DNA from: Octopus sinensis
Taxonomy: Eukaryota
Direction: 5' to 3'
Length of the DNA: 64,000 nt
NCBI RefSeq assembly: GCF_006345805.1
Contig: NC_043020.1
Coordinates: 20,336,001-20,400,000 of the forward strand
Shown: in pieces, positions 1 through 13,008 of the stretch
How the letters are laid out: the number at the start of each line of letters is the position of its first letter
Numbering within the stretch: position 1 is the stretch's first letter
Position numbers and translations under genes: made by a program
Notes under the pieces: generated by a model
Databases searched by the model: none
What the model was told of the DNA's origin: nothing
The model's input: only the letters and a program-made list of their open reading frames with translations

Positions 1-99
1 TGATTTTGACAAGCCATATTGTGTGATGGCCATATTTTATCAAAGGTACTTAGCAACATAATAATTTCTAAAAGATACAAATAAAGATAAATGTAGCCT

Positions 100-1440
100 A
101 TTAAATCAACCTCAGTATTTGGCTGGCGAAGTTGATTGAGGCAGGATCTGATTTCTGAATGTAAACATAATAAAGCATTCTGTTAGATGTCTTATCAGTT
201 CTGCCACCAACCACCACGAAGATAATAATGACGATGATGATAATCCTTTCTGTTACCTTTAATAATCCTTTCTACCACAATAATAATCCCTCCCCCCAAA
301 TTTCAGCCAGAAGGCCTGAAATTCTGGAGGAAGGAACTAGTCAATTATATTAACTGGTACTTGTATCATTGATCTGCCCCAAAAATATGGAGGAATTTGA
401 GGCCAGATGAAATGCTGATGAGCATTTTGTCCAGCACGCTAACAATTCTGTCAGCTTGCTGCAATAAAGATAATTATTTGAAACTTTGGCACAAGGCCAG
501 CAATTTCAGGAGAGTGGCTGAGTACATCAATCCCAGTGCTCAACTGGTACTTATTTTTATTAACCACAAACAGATGAGAGGCAAAGTCAACTTCGATGGA
601 ATTTGGACTCAGTATGTCAAGATGGACAAAATACTGCTAAGTATTTTCCCTGGTGTGTTAATAATATTGCTAGGTCACCACAACAATAACAGTTTCAAAT
701 TTTGGCAGAAGGCCAGGAATTGGGGGGGGGGGAATAAGTAAATTACATTAACTCCAGTGCTCAACTGGTACTTATTTCATTGTCCCTGAAAGGATAAAAG
801 GCAAAATTGACCTTGGTGACATTTGAACTCTATGTAAAGATGGACAAAAGCCACTAAGCATTTTGCTGCCATAGTAATAAGAACCCTTTCTACTATAGGC
901 ACAAGACCTGAAATTTTGGAGGAGGGGGACTAGTTGATTACATTGACCCCAGTGTGTAACTGGTACTTAATTTATCGACCCCAAAAGGATGAAAGGCAAA
1001 GTTGACCTTGACGGAATTTGAACTGAGAACACAGCAATGAGTGAAATACAGCCAAGCATTTTGGCCAGTGTGCTAACAATTCTGCCAACTCACTACCTTA
1101 AACAATAGCAATAATAATAATCTTTTCTATTAAAGGCACAATGCCTGAAAATTGAGGGGAGGGGACTAGTTGATTATATCGACCCCAGTGTTTCACTGGT
1201 ACTTAATTTATTGACCCTGAAAGGATGAAAGGCAAAGTCGACCTTGGTGGAATTTGAACTCAGAATGCAAAGACGGACAAAATGCCACCAAGCATTTTAT
1301 CCAGCATGTCGTCTTTGATTTCTAATATAGAACAAGGTCAGCAGTTCTGAAGGGGGGGGGGGTTCAACTGATACCATTAACTTCATTGATACTTTACTTT
1401 ATTGATCTCAGAAGGACGAAAGACAAAGCATTTTTCTGAC
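100..1440 (-). mobile_element. Pile-up of at least 6 same-orientation copies of one SINE family
   Basis: Repeated blocks GGCACAAGGCCTGAAATTTT..GACCCCAGTG..AACTGGTACTTAATTTAT..AAGGATGAAAGGCAAAGTCGACCTT..GAATTTGAACTCAGAA..AAGCATTTT at about 262-465, 480-690, 692-870, 872-1099, 1110-1310 and 1315-1440, separated by (AAT)n tail remnants. Confidence 0.9.
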
Positions 1441-1711
1441 ACATAACACTGAGCACACATTAATAAGACATATAAAGTGTTCATGATTAAATATAATAAA
1501 CATAGGGTCACTGGGAATTTAGGACATTATGATGCATTGGTGTTCAAATTATGAATGAAAAATGTCAAGCCCACAATTACATCATGTGTTGTCCTTCCTG
1601 TTTTTTTTTTAAATATTATGGTGCAGTTTAAATGAAGATTTAGCTGCTATGTCTAGCAGGTCGAGAGACCACATAAAGGTTTTGCCTGGATTGCCTTATC
1701 TTTATCTTTAC

Positions 1712-1774
1712 TGATTTCCATGCGAGCAGACAGTTCCAACCTACGATATGTTCGCAACAAATTCATTTGATTGG
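1712..1774 (-). CDS. Candidate coding exon (xNQMNLLRTYRRLELSARMEIx), gene unknown
   Basis: Acceptor gttatgttattttAG and donor GTAAAG; one open frame, phase 1 to 1; several CpGs retained in CpG-depleted surroundings. No homology recognised. Confidence 0.3.
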
Positions 1775-1939
1775 CTAAAATAACATAACTTTAGAAGCTT
1801 GTAACATCTTTATTATTAATTTCTAGGGGAAAATGAATGCAATTTTTGCCATCAGCATGCAAAACTACATCAGAACTACATTAAAAAAAAAAATTTTTTT
1901 AAAAATTATCTGGTGAAAATTTAAAAAACTTCAAGTGGT

Positions 1940-2270
1940 TGGAAGATCCAACTCCAGTACTTGATTAGTACAATATTTTATCAACCCAGGAGGGGTGAAA
2001 GCCAAAGTTGGTCTTGGCTGAATTTGAACTCAGAATGTGAAGTACCCCAACATATATATCACAAGAAATTTAGTGTCACTGTAACAAATGATAACAATGA
2101 CAGTTGCTGACATAAATACAAATTCAGAAATTTTGAGAGGAGAGTATATAGTTTGATTAAAATGATTCAACTACTTGACTGGTTATACATACATTACATA
2201 CACACATTAAATACATGCATATTTTCGTGATGCAAAGAAAGGCAAACTCAATCAGAGAGAGATTCTTGAT
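1940..2270 (-). mobile_element. Two further degenerate SINE copies
   Basis: Same ACTCCAGTACTTG..AAAGCCAAAGTTGGTCTT..AATTTGAACTCAGAATG core as the 0.1-1.4 kb copies. Confidence 0.75.
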
Positions 2271-4699
2271 AGAACACAAAAGGACATAAACTAAATAGTA
2301 TTTTATCTAATTCTTGAACTCAAAACATAGAGCAAGGAAATACCACCAAGAAAATCAGAAGAAAGAATAAAAATAACAGAAAAAGAAAATAGAATGAGTA
2401 AAGAGGATGTAAAGCTGATGAAGAAGAGAGGAAATAGTGGAAGTCAGCAGCTAAGTTGTAAGTTTGTGAAAGAAGGGAAGAGGGGACAGTGAAAAGAGGT
2501 GGAGTGATCCTATAGAAATGAAGATGATGACAAGGAGGGCTTGTTGTCACACATTGAGATAGCTACAACAATAGCTAGCATAAAACTAAACAGTAGTGAT
2601 GTATACAAATGATCAATCTAAGCTTGGACTAGAGCCATCATATCATAAGTGAGGGAGGAGGAAGAGGTCTATATATAGTTTAGGCTGAGAACTCTAACCT
2701 ACATTTGCAGTGGGCCAGTAGGTCTGCTGAGGAGTGTGTGTATGTGTGTGCGTGCGCGCGCACAGAAGTAGGTGTGTTTTAGCAAGCAGGAAGAGGTTAA
2801 TATCTCCAACAAATACATTTGAAATCCACTTCAATCTATTATTAAAGAGACGCTGAATCAGTAACAAATAAATAAACAAAAGAGTTACACTCAAGATGAC
2901 TATGAACACACAATTCCAAATTGTTAAATGTTATTTATATCAATTATAGCTGTTTTAACCCCAAGTCAACTCAGGATGAGCAAAAGCCTATGATCAAAAG
3001 CGTTGTAATCTTGATCATTTCTCTTTTCTATTTAAGAAATATCTGAGACTAACTACATCAAATTTGTTCTTTTTATTTATAATAGGGTGTAGTTTGAAGA
3101 TGAATTAGCTGCTATTTCTAGCAGACTGAGTGGGCACTTTAGAGGCTTTAAATGTTGGCTAATAATTGGGATACTTATAAGATACATGCTACATTCTAAT
3201 TTTTGATGTCATTTTTAACACACACACACACCGATATACACAACACATGCTGAATATGTTTTGTTTCCTGAATTCATCATGACCAGGTTAACATGTCTTC
3301 AGGGATAGTACATAAGGGACAGATCATATGTCTGAAATACATTTTCCTCAGCTCCCTTGATGCTGCACAGCAAGTTTATTATGCTGCTTCTTAAATAATG
3401 TTAAACAATTAAAACTGGTTGAACAACAATGTATTTGCAGGTGACATTTTGCAGAATATCTGGTTTCTATTTCTCAATAGCTTTAGACACTATAAAACAC
3501 TGGTAGCAGTTGGAGGAGCATCTACGTCGTTACTTAATCTGCTAATGTAACAGCCAATTCTCCCTTAAATCATGCCATACTGTCAATGCAGTCCCTGATA
3601 TACAAAAAAATGAGGTCATGGCTGGCACACCTTTGATCATAGGACTGCTCAATCAGGCCCACCTTGGGGCTGAACAGTAACCACAACACCAGAGTTAGCC
3701 ATTCAACAATACTTTACATTCTCAGCCACTTCATCTTTCTCAATGTTTATAAATAAGTACGTGTGCAAACACACAATCTCTTTTAAGACATATCAGGAGT
3801 TGTTCAAAATATTTAATTTTTTTTTTAATGTATAAAAAGTTAAAATAAGTTATAGGAGGAAATATTTATGTATGTAAAGTTGATTTAATTAAAAAGGATT
3901 AATCTTTGAACAAATATAATTTCGTTTCAAGGAAAAACAAAAACAAAAAAATTTTAAATTGGTATTAAAAATAGTTTCTCGTGTAAGCGGGGTTTTGACA
4001 AGAGAATATGGGGAAACTGTCAAATTCATGGTTTTAAGGAGCCATAGCAATGTGATTATAATTTGGGAATCATGTCTATTCCAAGGAATTTGCATAACAG
4101 CATCACTGAAATGGTAATTTCACTTAAGTACAAAATCAAATTTTGTAAGAAAAGGGAATTAGTTGAATTATCCCTTTTGTATCACTGGTATTTAACCAAA
4201 CATCAACCTCAGAGAGATGTGAACAATGTTAAACTAGATGTCATAAATTATCCTAGCCTGGTGCTCTATTATTTACAGAAATACAATAGAATTAGTTGTG
4301 TGTTCTGACCATAATTTCCTCTTGGGGATATCAATGTCCCCAGACTTAATTATATGGATAAGATAGGACATTAATTTTCACTTCAGAAGCCAACCAGTAA
4401 CCAATCAATCATAAAGAGTGTAAGCCATTTTGTTTCATATGTCTTTGGAGAGAGAAATTAAATAAAGAATGCATATGCACACATGGTATCATCACCCCCT
4501 GCACACATGGAAGTGAAGGAGGTCCCAGATGTCATGGTGAATGAAAATGAAAAAGTAATATGAAATGCAGAAAATTCTGACAGAATGCAAAACTCAAAAT
4601 GCATGAATAGTGGGAGAGAGAGAGTCTTAAAAGGGAACTTAAGATGCAAAAACCACAAAGATTGGGGTATGATGATGTATTCTTTTATTCTTTATAAGC

Positions 4700-4908
4700 T
4701 TAGTTCTTATTCTTTCAGTCTCTTTTGCTAAACTGCTAAGTTATGGGGATGTAAACACACCAGCATTGGTTGTCAAGTGATGGTGGTGGTGGGGGACAAA
4801 CACACACACACATTTATATATATATATATATTTTTTGTTGCTTGTTTCAGCTCAGAGCTTCGGCCAAGCAAGCTACTTACCACACAGCCACTCCTGTGCC
4901 TATATATA
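4700..4908 (-). mobile_element. Composite tRNA-head SINE with internal (CA)/(TA) repeat, internally deleted
   Basis: Reverse complement of head AGGCACAGGAGTGGCTGTGTGGTAAGTAGCTTGCTT at about 4870-4908; body TTCAGTCTCTTTTGCTAAACTGCTAAGTTATGGGGATGTAAACACACC. Related copies at about 6335-6500 (+), 6830-7035 (-), 13010-13260 (+), 13425-13640 (+), 15580-15815 (+), 34610-34740 (+), 37420-37720 (+), 54265-54470 (+), 60660-60740 (+). Confidence 0.8.
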
Positions 4909-6617
4909 CATACACACAGTGTGTGTGGTGTGTGTGAGTGTATAGGCTTATATTTAAATTGTTATATAAAAGTATCAGAGAGAGAGAGAGAGAGAGAGAG
5001 TTTCCAAACAATAAAAATAATTCAGTATATATTTATGGTAAAAGTGTGTTAATGCCTGTGTTTTAGAAGGAACTAAACCAATCAAACCCATCTGAAGTTA
5101 TGAAATCCTAGTACTCATGCACACAACATACATGTAGCTAACAAGAAATGATTGCCCATGGGTTCAATGATAAAATCAACTGAACCACCCACTTACTATA
5201 AAAGGTAGTATTTCACAGACACTTTTAACTAAACATAATCCTGGGTGTGAATCAGAGTGACACAATTTCTGACAAAACTGGTCCAGTCAAGATAGTTCAT
5301 GGTTGAGTCAAATCTAAGACACTTGCCCAAGATGCTGTACTATGTGTTTGGATCCTGATAAAGTTCTTTACAATTTCACACACACATGTTTGTTTTAAAC
5401 CAGAAAAAAAATCCTAACCAAGATAAACATTATTCAAATACAAGTTTGTATGAGTAATTTGATCACACACCACATCCATGACACACTCACGCCAGACAAA
5501 CACAGTGCTTTGAGCTTTAAAAATTATAAAATCGTTTTGTTATATGCAATAGAAAAATGTTACAAATACAACTAGTGTATGTGCAGCAATGTGTAAAAAG
5601 GCAGCATAGTCAGTTAACTGCATACATACATGAATGTAGACAATGTACAGGTGCTAGTTTGATTACTGAGCTAAGAAAGTGGCCTGAAGGACAGTTAATT
5701 TATGTTACTGCAATACAATGTGCATTGTATGCAACTCTTGTGCAGTTTTTGTGCAACATAATTTAATATTGTGTGGATCCTCAACTGTAAGTGTTGTAAG
5801 AATTGCATATATGTTGAATATATTAGAGTGAATGGAGTGGATCACAGGAGAGGAAACTTAAATTACAAGTTAATCTCTCTAAAATGTATCAGTTAAGATG
5901 TTAGATTACCAGCTTATATTTTGTCAAATCTACTGTATATGTTTTGATGTGTGTCAGGACAGGGAACTGAACTCTCATTGTGCCTTAGGCTTCCTTGTGG
6001 CCAGTAGTTTGTGACATACTGAGAGCAACAGGAAGGCACTTCAATGTATCGGGTGAAGACCCAGAGGAGATTCTAGCCATTAGACCACTGGATTCAAAGT
6101 TGACTTGTTACAGAAAATGAATTTAAAGACAAAAAAGATAAATGAAAACAAGCAAATATTAATTTTGATGTTTACAGAGTTGTCAATAAGACAACACTAT
6201 TGTATCGTTTCTAAATGTTTAACATTATTATCACTCACTGATCACAGTCTTCCAGAGGTTATCAATACAATATCTCACATCTATTTATCAAATGGATCTT
6301 AGGATAGAGTAACAACTATTTTATTTGAAAAATAAATACTGCAGGTGCAAGCATGACTCTATAGTTAAGAAGTTCACTTTGTAACAAACTGGATCTGGGT
6401 ACACTCCTGTTTTGAGGCACCTTGTAGCCTTCAGTCAACCAATATCTTGTTTAGTGGAATTGATAGTCTGAAATGGTGCAGAAACCTGCTCTGTGTGTGT
6501 ACATGTATGTATATGCCCATATTTATTTTTTAAACCATTCTAAAATGAAATTGATACTTGTCTTGTAACTCAGCAGTTCAACAAATAGAATTTGATAAAA
6601 TAAGTTTTTTACTTTAG

Positions 6618-6660
6618 GATTATCCCTTTTAATGGAGTCCACTATGAGAGAGAAAATGTT
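6618..6660 (+). CDS. Candidate coding exon (xIIPFNGVHYERENV), gene unknown
   Basis: Strong acceptor aagttttttactttAG and donor GTGAGT; 43 nt, open reading phase 2 to 0. Confidence 0.35.
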
Positions 6661-9600
6661 GTGAGTAAATGATGGATTAAACAGAATTCATTGAAACAGA
6701 TTTTTTAAGGCCGGTCCTGTTGCCTATTCTCATTTGTTTTCAAAGCAAGGTAACATTTCCTCATAACCATGCAGGTTTCCATAGAAGATTGTAAACACAT
6801 CTTGTATAACAGTGGCACACATTTATAGTATCATGTGTTGACAAACAAGGAGATATTAACACACACACATCCACACATAATGATAGATTTTTCTCAGTTT
6901 CTATCCATCAAATCCACTTGTGAGGCTTTGGTTGATCTGGAATTAAAGTTGAAGACGTCTACCCAAGGTGCCATACATTGGAATGGAAACTAAAGCCAAG
7001 TTAACTTTTTAACTACAGAGCCAGACCCACATATGTTGTGTTGGATGTAATATATAGAGTTATAAATAATTAATAATGCTATCCTTATTCTAACACCACT
7101 GTATTCCAACTAGTGTTTCACTTCACCTACCACTGGAACTCCATAGTTGGGCAGGAGTTTGGGACTCTACTGTATCATGTCAGCTCACTGCTAGGTGGTA
7201 CCAGATTGACAGCTAATTTATATCAACCTCTGAACCTGGTTGGTATTTTATTTTATTAAGTTCAGAAGGATGAATTGCAACACTGACTTTGGTAGGATTT
7301 GAACTAAGAACCTAAAGAGCCAGAACAAATACCACTGCCAATGAGTTCAATAAAACAAATACCAAGATAGATGTGAATAACCAAAAACCTTGAAGGTAGC
7401 ACCTAAGCATAGTTGCATTTCAATGAATAAAGCCAGTAAAAGAATAATATCCCTAAAAACAAAGATTAAAAGAAGTTGTTTTCAGGGATGTTGAACTCTT
7501 CAAAGTTTGTTTCTTACAAATAATCCAAAGACTGATGGATATGAAGTTGACTTTGGTTAATATTATATTGAATAATGACTGTAGAGAAACATAGTGATAG
7601 CATCTATGCCCCAAGAAATCCCTTTTTAGAAAAACAGAGAAGAAGACTCATTAAATATGAAGTCACTGTTTTCAATTAACCCTTTCATCATCAATTTTCT
7701 AATGCACTTCAATGACTACTTTTTTAAAAATTTAATCCTGAAAATAATCAAGAATTTAACAGGTTTTAGTAAAATAATTAAATTTTCCATTAGTGGGCTG
7801 GTGCTTCAAACACAGCTTCACAACAGGTTCTCACTTGAAAATTTATTACATAAGGATTAAATCTAAATACAAACACTTTAAAGCAGGTGGATTTTGTATG
7901 ACTCAGATGAGTTGTTGATGCTAAAAGGATTAAGGTAGCATGGGTATCATATCTATTACAAACTAGAAACTGGGAGAATTATTGATACTTTAGCAACTTT
8001 GAAGAGATGAAAGATTTAGATAAGATTTGAACTCAAAATGACAAGCTATGAATACTGAAAAAAAAAAAGCTTTCATTGTAAACCTTTTGTTACTATGATG
8101 ATTGCTTTAGTAGTATCAATACCTTATTTCTGTAACCATGGTATACTGTTTGCCATGTGATGTCATCGTTGTATAATATTGTTTACAACATAGTATTGCA
8201 TGTAGTCTCAAATCAAAGTATCACAAAAGATGAATACAGAAAGAGTTGGATGTTGTGCCTAAGATCTTAATTTTAGTGAATACAAAGCTGTTTAAAAAAC
8301 TTAAATATAAAGGAAAAGGTTGCAGTTTTACTATGGTTTAGAAAATGAAATAATTTTGAATGAAAGAATTCCAAGTTCTTTAATTCAAAATCCAAACATA
8401 ATAGCACATTACATGAATTAAAATACTAAGATATTGCTTGGGAAACACTCCATCATGAGTTGATTGTCCATCACACACACAATCTCTCTCTTCCCCCTAC
8501 CACTTTCCTTTCTAGCATTTTTCTTGGTACAGTCTTATAGTAATATGATTACTCTATTTACTGAAATATTACTGGAAAATAAATAGAGAAATTTTAAATT
8601 ACTAAATACAATTCACTCAATCTGACTCTCCTATTACTTGTGTGACAAAATATTTTAATCTAAGCATAATACTAGTGGCACACACTACAGATTGCTGGTT
8701 AGGCCAGAGGGAACACATCATGTCTCGACCTATACAAATGATTAGGAGTGACAATATTAGACAACTAACAAAACACACAAAACTATTTTTTAGGTGAGAT
8801 TCAGACTGACATTAATGAATAAACAAAAAACATCTATCATGACATTACAAAATATATAAACGCTTTTTTTTTCTACTTTAGTTCTTTCAAAACTTAAACC
8901 AAGTAACAATTAGCTTTTAAGGATTAATTATACAAGTGAGCCATTCCACAATTAGTCATTGTCGCAATTGAAATTAATAGCTTCTCACTGGCTATGACTT
9001 CTATTGATCTTGAAATGGAATCAAAAAGAAAAAAAGTACAGACAATAGTAATAATAATAATAATAGTAAAAACAATAACAAATGATATTAGAACATTCTC
9101 TAACTTTAGTGAGCAGAAAAGAAATCTTTGGAGTATATTTCTTTTTTAAAAGGTTGATTAGATCTTATGTAGGCAGAACAACAACGTAACGGCTTCCATG
9201 GATAATGTTACTATGGGAGCTGTGCATGCATGCGTGAGAGACAGACACATCATCTAATGAAAAGTCACAAACTATATATTTATAAATGGCACAAAGCAAC
9301 TGCTGCTTACAATTCTAGCAGTTACTGTTTTTGAATATAACCATTATGATTAATAATTGTTTTTCAAAAATGTTTCAGAGAGGACTATAGTCAATTAGAG
9401 AGGTGCAGTCAACTGATCAATGTATATTGTGGTTCATATTTTATTGAGTCCACAAACATGAGAAACAAAGCCAACTTCAAACTCATAATCAAAAAGGACA
9501 AGACCAAAAGCTGTAAATCAATTTACTTCAGTATACTACTGTTTTGGAAAGCACCAAACATAGAGGAAAATTGTTCCACCTATCAGTGAAGTAACTTCTA

Positions 9601-9791
9601 CAATTATTTAAATTACTCAATGTAGGAGCCAAATCTTCAAGAAACTCTTTAATTCTCTACTAACCCTAAATTAGATAACATACATTTATGCCTTCGTTTT
9701 TAAAACATGCCAGGCACACATAAATTTAAATACTGAACTAAAAATAATGTACAAAAAAATTATACAACTTCATATTTAAGGTACTGGATAT

Positions 9792-10519
9792 TATATTGTT
9801 TTGAGTAAAATATTTTGCTTATTTGCAAGAGGTCATAATGTTGCACTGTCTGAAGCCACCTTTCTGCAAGTTCTTTCATCCCATGCTGGTACCAGCTCTT
9901 GTCTTTTGGGAAAAAGAACTCTTTCACTAAAGTTTTCACTTCTTCTTGGTTGATGAAGCATCATGAGTGCAGGAAGTAAGCTAGAGAACAGAACAGGTAA
10001 TAACCCAGACATTTTTGCTGCACAAAGGCATACATTCACTCCAGCTATTCAGAGTACAAGTTGGCATTGATGGTTTGACCATCCAGAACAAATGCATAGT
10101 GAATTATCCCCTCATAATTCTACCAGACACAGAGAATCTCCTTGTGTTTGAAATGCCCATGTTTGGTGACAGGTTCTGGAAGCTGGCCTTTGCTTAACCA
10201 CTGCTTATGCATGTTAGGAATGTGGAAAAATATCTCTCTCAGATTATTAATTGTCCCACCCAATTCATGGCTCACTTCCTGTGCTCACAATACTTCCACA
10301 ACCAAGAGGAGGTGAAAGCTTCAGTGAAGGAGTTCTTTGCCTTGAAGGACGAGAACTATTATCAATTAGCATAGGATCAAAGAAATGGCAGAAAGGTGGC
10401 TTCAGATGGCACGACACAATGGTCTCTATTTTGAATGCTAAGCTGCTTTTGTTGTAACTTGACGAATAAAGCAAATAAATTACCAAAACTTTGCAAAACT
10501 TTTGACTCAACACAATATA
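9792..10519. mobile_element. Two mariner 3-prime fragments in inverted, tail-out arrangement
   Basis: Minus fragment 9830-10196 and plus fragment 10252-10519 both encode the mariner C-terminus (NQEEVK..VKEFF..KD...RWLQ). Outer TIRs TATATTGTTTTGAGTAAAATATTTTGC and (rc) TATATTGTGTTGAGTCAAAAGTTTTGC. Confidence 0.8.
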
Positions 10520-10786
10520 TGCTCAAACCAAAAGTACAGGACACTATGCTCTTATGTACTGGACATAGGACTACTTCAACATCTACATAGCCCATTGAAT
10601 TTCCTTGATGTTGAAAAGTTCATTTGAAACGTTAGGGTATGAATTCACTTGAACTCTTTCAAAGTAAATAAATAAAACACAAAAACAATGAAAACAACAG
10701 ATTATTCCTCTTTCTGTTTGAGCGATTATTATTAGGAAACTAATTCAACTTCACATTCTCCAGCACTACCCACCCACTCCTATTAA

Positions 10787-11865
10787 CCCTTTCGTTACTA
10801 TATTTCTGACCAAAATACACCCCTCATGAGTTTTAATTAAATTCTAAAATAATCATGAATCTAGGCTTGTTTCATTAAATAACTGTAACTTTTTTACTTA
10901 TCAACATATTAATGTGATATTTGGAACATAATTAAAGAAAGGGTTCTTAATTCTATTGCATAACTTTTGTCTCAAAGTGACTTTAATTACAGGTAAATCC
11001 AGGTAAATTGAGCAAAAGGTAAAAATATTAAAATTTTAAAATGAGCAAAATATTAAAATTTTGTTTAAACATCACCATAGGAAATGAATCATCAGCTAAT
11101 ATTCAAATGGGTATGCAACAAAATTTTGATAAATAAGAATTGTGCACATCACTATATCATCAGTTGAATTTAATGCACAACAGGTGTACCATAAAGGTAG
11201 AATAAACTGAAATATTGGAATCCACCGTAAGTTTGACCGAACTAAAGAAATCGGTCAAAAAATAATATACGGCCCTGGTTATGGTATGGAAGTGATAAAT
11301 TCCAGACCACATCGTTCCCTAGGCCATTATTTTCCCTGTATAAAAACTAAATCCACGCAGTACCCAGTATTTGCTTCACAAATTTTCCGAAATTTGAACC
11401 CCCATTTTGTGTTTGTTTACGTTCTGCGTAAGTTTGTTTCCGCATTGATCGCTTCAAACAATAACTTCAAGACCACATCATACCCTAAGCCATGCTGACT
11501 AACATTAGTTTCCCTGTATAAAAACTAAATCACAAACAGTACCAGTATTGTTTCACAAATTTTCCAATTCGGAATCAATGCTTGATAACATGAAACTCCT
11601 ATCTATTTTCAAAGTTGAAGAAAAATCGATGCCGAAAAAAATGTGGAAAAAAATCTCCCAAAATTTAGGGAATTAAAATTACACGATCTTTGTACAAAAC
11701 TGTAGATGAACTGTTTATGAAGCATAATCACATGTTTTCACAAATGTACTAAAGAGATTTGCTCTGATATTCTCATTTAAATATGAATAGGTAAATTCGG
11801 GCGGGTTTGGTCACATTAAGCAAAATTTTTTTCGGGCGGCTTTGGGCGGTTTGGTAAGGAAAGGG
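10787..11865. mobile_element. Non-autonomous piggyBac-type element
   Basis: TTAA at 10783-10786 and 11866-11869; TIR CCCTTTCGTTAC versus (rc) CCCTTTCCTTAC; internal direct repeat about 11310-11390 versus 11477-11567; no transposase ORF. Confidence 0.85.
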
Positions 11866-12908
11866 TTAAATGAACTTAAACACAATGTTTACATTTTACA
11901 AACTGCTTCTAAATCATTGTTGAGTGGTCAGTATTATGGAGAGGCAGTCAACTGCAAAAGAACTTATTTCTGTTGCAAGATAAACTTTTAGATTGTATAA
12001 CAAATTTAGCAAGACAAATTACTTGAATTGAATAAAATAAATATACAACCACTCCTAGGTCACAGTTGAGTGATTGAAGACTATGAAGGTGTAGTCAACT
12101 ATAACAATTTACAATATGAAAGTGTTTCTATTTGCAAAGTCAGCCAACCTATGCAAGTTTAGAGGATAGGGTATTGAAACAAAAAGTAGCAAAATTAAAA
12201 TGTAAATAAAAATTATAATTTAGTAAGAGGAGAGACAGATGGTAAACAGTGAAATTAGAAGAGACATCTTTAGTATAGCTTTGTGTGAAACTAATCAACT
12301 GGGTACTTTTAATTTCAACTATAATAAGACAGTGAAGAACAGCCCAGACTCGAAAAAATGAGAAACTCTAGCTATTTAACCAATGCTTCCATTGGAAAGA
12401 ATCTGAAGTCAAATGATGAGGACATCACCTTCAAGTTTCTTACAAGTTAAGGATGAGGAATGTAAATGTTAGATGAAGGGATATGTACATTACTGATACA
12501 TTGGTCCATTAAACATCCTAACACAACAGATTAGATCACACCAAAGTAGGATGAATGCTTATTTACACACACACAATCATATGATTAATCAGACTATTGG
12601 ATGTTGTTATATATTGCTGGTCACAGTGTGCTTGCGTTGTGTTAGCTTTCAAATGATGCTATCCTACTGGTTAGGTGAGAGCAGGCCAGCACTACCCCTG
12701 ATAAGAAAGCAAATCCATTGCAGGGTTACCCATTTATAGCTGAGTGGACTGGAGCAATATGAAATGAAGAGTTTTGCCCAAAAACACCATGTGCCACTCA
12801 GTCCAGGAATTGAACCCATAATCTAACAACAGTGTGTGCAACACCCATGATGCAGGTATCTGTGTGGGTATATACATGTGTGTGTGTGTGTGTATAGAGA
12901 GATATCAA

Positions 12909-13008
12909 NNNNNNNNNNNNNNNNNNNNNNNNNNNNNNNNNNNNNNNNNNNNNNNNNNNNNNNNNNNNNNNNNNNNNNNNNNNNNNNNNNNNNNNNNNNN
13001 NNNNNNNN
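12909..13008. other. Assembly gap (100 N)
   Basis: Run of 100 N next to a (TG)n repeat. Confidence 0.99.

Noticed and set aside
397-741. 114-aa ORF
   Set aside because: Runs antisense through stacked SINE copies.
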